NCBI GenBank assembly: GCA_030704615.1
Contig: JAKLZA010000015.1
Span: 1-25,000 of the forward strand
Direction: 5' to 3'
Length of the DNA: 25,000 bases
Source of the DNA: Takakia lepidozioides
Lineage: Eukaryota > Plantae > Bryophyta
The first letter of the stretch is position 1. Every line of letters starts with the position of its first letter. The notes under the pieces are model-generated. The model was not told the DNA's origin. It ran no database searches and was given only the letters and a program-made list of their open reading frames with translations. The position numbers and the translations under genes are program-made. Shown here one piece after another: positions 20,701-25,000 of this stretch.

Positions 20701-23700
20701 TATTTTATTTTATATTTATTGTGCATGTCATATTTATTTATGAGTGAGAAAGATGCATACATTTGTTTCTATATCATATCTCATTGAAATACAAAACACT
20801 CAATTAGTTTGTTCATTTACTAATGATGTTTTATGGGAAGCAGGCAAGTTTCTTTGATAACCCTTTGGATCTTCTGTATGTTCCAAGTGGACAAATGGAG
20901 AACGTTATTCAATTTGAGTCTAAGGTAAATTTCCAGGGCCACCATTAAAATATAAAATGGAAAAAGAAAGTTGGAGTGAGTTTTATTTAAAAATAAATAC
21001 TGGATAATACTGTATCCATCTATTCTACATCCATCCATATGTGCTGAAAATCATTCATTGGATAATGATGTCTCACTAGTGTTATGAATTATATCCTTGC
21101 TAGATATGTTGCTAAGCCATTGCGCTTGTAGATATATATATATATGTATGTATGTATATATGGAAAATATATTGTATGTAACCTAAAATAGGATCAAACT
21201 GGTGGTTATGTTTAATCAAAATGCTTGATCTATTATTGATTGCAGTTATGGTCAAATGGCTTGGATGGATATCGGCAATATTTTTCCGATGATCTTCTAC
21301 AATCTCTTATGGCATCACATCAGGTATGATAAATTGATATGAAACGTAAATCATTACATTAATATTTTTTGTTTTTAGTAGTTTAGACAATATAAATATA
21401 TTTAAATTAGGTGATATTGATACTAATATATTAGAGCTAGTTGCCAATTTTGTGAGTTGTCAATTAACGAATATAATAGTCCTGTGTGCCTTCATGGCCC
21501 ATAAATGACAGGGGGTTATTTTTCCCCCTCCTCAAGGGCCTGATGTTTCTATATATATATATAATAACATAACACTGTTAACTGTCATTGGTACAACTGT
21601 ATTGTGAGCTGATTAAATATGATTTTGCATGTGTCTTATGTATGATAATAGGCGCAGAAAGAAGCTATGATGATGGCATTACATAGAGCTATACAATGGC
21701 TGGAAGTCAATCCTTTTTTGGCGGTTCCGCACTTTCATGGCCTACGTTCATGGTGCTCCGGCAAGATTCAGGTGTGTAATTTGGTTAACGATGGGATTAT
21801 CTTATATTATATTAGCTATATTTAAATAAATTGCAGCTTTGACAATATAAATAATTCTTTATGTTGTGATTTATTTAATTAGAAGTAAGATTAAAATTTT
21901 GATAATTTATGTCGATTTTGTGGGTTGGAATCTTTGCAGCTGGTTTTGCCAATGATGTTAGATCCTTGCTCAAATGATGTGCAACTGGCTATGTCCTTGG
22001 AAATATCAAAGTCATGTCCAAGGTATGTAAAACATGAATACTCTAAAATTTCAAAAATACTCTATAAACTAGCACAATGATGTTTTGAAGATATATGCAT
22101 CTAAATTAGTACGTACTATAAAAAAAAGGCTGATGTAAATAATTATTTTTATTTTTATAAATAAATATAAAATATAAAATGATGGATCATGGTTTGTTGC
22201 AGGGGACGAGTGTATCATGTTACGAAATTGCTTTCAATTGAAGAAGCGTATACAAATGCGCGAGTAATCGCGCCAATTCATGCGCCTTGGTTGACTAGAT
22301 GTATATGTACGCGCCTCAAGGATCCAACAAAAAAATCCAATGTTTCATCTGCCAACAATGTCTATTCTATGTCGTCCACAAGTGACACGGTTATAATGTC
22401 AGCTTCAACGAACGTGAACAGTAGAAAAAAACATTCTTCAGGCCAAAGCATGTCAGCTAAGGCGAATGAGGCGAAAAAGCCCTTGTCATCAAGACCGATC
22501 AATCATTCAAAGGTTATGGTTCTGCAAGGGCAATCTACAAATGAAGCATGTATTCGGGGAGGTTCACATTTGGCTCCATTCCCTGACTCTTTGGATACTT
22601 TGCCATCGTCTATTTTCCAAGAAGAGGCTGATACTAATTATGATTACCTCCCTGGAGGTAATTCATTCATGTGTACAACCCTCACACATGATGCACCTCC
22701 ATTCCAATACTCGGACCTTTATCCTCACAGTGCTAGTCTCCCATTATCTCCTAGTCCTTCTGTGGGTTTTGAGATTTCAAGTTTTTATAAAGATGGGGTG
22801 CAGAACTCTCAAGCGACTGACAATACATGTCTCAATGTGGAGGTAAGCTTTGCTACTAAAAAGTTTGTGACTGTTGTGGACTAAAGTATAAAGCAGATAT
22901 AACAAGTAAGCGAGAAGGGGGAGATGTTCTAAGGAGAAATTTGATTATGATAGTTGTCAAAATAAAATGAAGTTAGGGTGGGGCGACGGAGACTCCCCTG
23001 AAATCCACTATTGAATCATGTTAGAATTGTAGAGAGTGTGAAAGAACATAAAATTATTATTTTTTCATTATAGTTTTGGTGCAAAAGACCCTTTTTAACA
23101 AATAGAACCATATTCCAGATGGATGAAATACGAAAGGTGCTGCAGAGCCCTTTGTCTCTTAATAGCAACAATATCATGACATTTGAATGGTGTTTCTATG
23201 TGGTATGCAGCAAATGTGCGCTCAAGGTCGAACTGGAGATCATGTGGTCAATGATGTCTGTGGGAGTAGATTCTCAAGTACGGTTTAATATCATTCATCC
23301 ATTTACTTTATTTTTGTTCTGTTTTTGTTTTTTAATGTTGGAACACTAATTGGTTAGATTTCTATAATAAAAAACCACCATAGGTATGAATATTCAAGTT
23401 ATGGACATCAATGATATCATTCTTCTTAATCCCCTATGTAACTAACTAAGAAGTCGTGGTGTTTAGTTTACATATTATAAGAAATTATAAGGGGTCAAAA
23501 TCGAGATCTCTTAGATTGTTTTCCCTGTTTTTTTTAAATGAATAAATTTAACGCTCCGCATACCCCATTTAGTTTTACCATTTAGTCTTTATTGATAGAA
23601 GGGAGAAAAATAAACCCCAGAGAGACCATAAGGCCTCTGAGTTAATTAGTGAGGAACTGATAATATTGATGCATTTTGAGTTTGGGTGCAGCGGACCTAG

Positions 23701-24943
23701 GAGGACATGCTTGGGGGAAAACAACTTTCTTGACTAATTTTACGGCGTCTTCGGAGGATGTTGCTACCATGCCGCAGTCAGAGCAGCTCACAACAAATAA
23801 AGAGTTGGCGATGAAATACATGAACAATGTGGTGGTTGAGATGTCGAGACTTACACACGACCGAGAAAATTCAGAAGACAAATATCATCAGTCGTCACCA
23901 TCATTTGTTGAGTACACTGAATACGATGATGTTTGTCCGAAGATCAATATTTCAGCACTCCCTCCCAAGTATGTGAAGCGTTTATTTATTTAATACAATT
24001 TTTTTTTTCAATGTAGTTGAAAATCAAGGGGTAAAAAATTGAACTGATTGCCACTGAGTGTCATTGATCTTCCTCATCACATAATGTTGTGTGTGTTGAG
24101 GATCCGATCACTCTAATGGTGTATAATGTTTTTTTTTTTTTTTTTTTTTTTGGTTTTTTTCAATTGTTTTTCAATTTTTCAAGGAAAGTAATAATTCAAT
24201 GTCATGCTTTTTGGACCTTAAAAATTGTTATTCAAGACTTGCACATTTTTATTTGATTTGATTTTGCTTGCAATTGAAATAGAACTTGAAGAGCAGGAGA
24301 AATATGAGTGGGGCTTCCAAAGAGAGGGGATGTTTCTAACCAAAGGTCGTCAATTATGTTTATACAGGTTTGTGGTGCATTATTTATCACGTGAACCAGA
24401 AAGAGGACAAATGTAAGTCCTCCCCATTATTTGGTAATTTAAAAATAAGCTCAAATAAATAATCAAGCCTAGTCGTTACGTTGATCAATATTTTTAACAA
24501 AGAGAATATTACTAGTTATGTATACTTCTATATGTTGCAGAATGCCAACTTGTAGTACTACAAGTACCTTTTTTACTACCTAATATTTTCTAGGATCCAA
24601 GTGGCATATTAATTTATTTGTTTCTGGGTCATACCAGATTGTGCTCTCAAGGAGAGGCTTTAATGGATGTTACTAAGTTTGATTGCTTGTTAGTTGGTCC
24701 AATAATACACCATTTTTATGTCGGAAGGCCATAATGGTGGATCACAGCCTTGCTGAACAGTATACTGCCAACTTTTTCAAAAATTATGGAGTTGTAGAAC
24801 GTGCAATTGTGCGGGAAAACAAGAACCATCCGGGCAAGTGGTTTGCTATCGTCGACTTTGTGATATGGTATAATAATGAGGCGCGCATGTTCTTGATTTC
24901 TGGAGAGCAGCTTCGTTGCTCTAATTTTTATGGTACGTGCTAA
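17764..24943 (+). CDS. Multi-exon gene encoding a DUF3825-domain protein with C-terminal RRM-like domain (~815 aa; may continue past the window)
   Basis: Hand-assembled GT-AG exons with consistent phases and no internal stop: 17764-18054, 18178-18248, 18372-18468, 18586-18678, 20183-20296, 20471-20611, 20844-20924, 21246-21323, 21652-21771, 21940-22022, 22203-22842, 23211-23277, 23692-23968, 24368-24412, 24694-24943 (or donor G|gtacgt at 24932/24933). DUF3825 motifs in order: LYTFARFP, PWEVLAYRAQHEEW, LRSYLNNHFLKAVEQGKV, WACFCTALLSNNEEFIYCIFQ, PWRFYCF, LPSKASFFDNPLDLLY, ALHRAIQWLEVNPFLAVPHF, GKIQLVLPMML, VQLAMSLE, YHVTKLLSIEEAYTNARVIAPIHAPWL. Exons 1-11 are well supported; exons 12-15 are less certain. 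Confidence 0.85.
18851..19663. mobile_element. piggyBac-like non-autonomous DNA transposon (MITE), 813 bp, in intron 4 of the DUF3825 gene
   Basis: Perfect 17-bp TIRs CCCTTAAGTTCCCAAGC (18851-18867) and GCTTGGGAACTTAAGGG (19647-19663). Flanked by TTAA on both sides (18847-18850, 19664-19667). CCCT...AGGG ends with a TTAA TSD are the piggyBac signature. No transposase ORF. Confidence 0.85.
21481..21549 (+). mobile_element. 5'-truncated copy of the same SINE family as 7434-7675, in intron 8 of the DUF3825 gene
   Basis: CCTGTGTGCCTTCATGGC..GGGGTTATTTTTCCCCCTCCTCAAGGGCCTGA..GTTTC + (TA)n matches the minus-strand SINE body CCTGTGTGCCTAATGGC..GGGGTTAATTTTTTCCCCTCCTCAAGGGCCTGA..GTTTCC. Confidence 0.8.
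24128..24151. repeat. Poly(T) homopolymer in intron
   Basis: Run of ~24 T. Confidence 0.9.
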
Positions 24944-25000
24944 CGAAAACAGTTTAGCAACCTTTGTGTGTGTGTGTTTTTTATTTATATTTATATTTAT

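Noticed and set aside
22189-22884. Stand-alone 231-aa gene as listed in the ORF track
   Set aside because: It is exon 11 of the larger gene: acceptor at 22201-22202, strong donor GAG|gtaagc at 22843, and it starts mid-domain.

Overview
This is eukaryotic, intron-containing nuclear DNA from a land plant, most likely a non-seed plant such as a bryophyte (inferred from PLS-class PPR remnants, plant-type TPR, purple acid phosphatase and PRP28 sequences, and AT-rich GT-AG introns). Two genes appear intact. The first is a single-coding-exon TPR protein gene (3477-4241, minus strand). The second is a ~15-exon plus-strand gene (17764 to at least 24932), which I assembled by hand into an uninterrupted ~815-aa protein. 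It carries a DUF3825 domain (a mainly bacterial, putatively RNA-acting domain), a Cys/His-rich insertion, a long Ser-rich linker and a C-terminal RRM-like domain. This is the most interesting object in the window. The rest is decayed genes and transposons. Gene remnants: two PLS-PPR fragments, a bacterial-type sterol glucosyltransferase-like (GT1) remnant, an orphan terminal exon of a purple acid phosphatase, and the intron-containing 3' part of a PRP28/RH21 helicase convergent with that exon. Mobile elements: LINE remnants, a tRNA-derived SINE (one near-full copy and one truncated copy), a hAT MITE with an 8-bp TSD, and an 813-bp piggyBac-like element (17-bp TIR, TTAA TSD) inside an intron of the DUF3825 gene. 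All family assignments come from motif recognition by eye; no database search was run.
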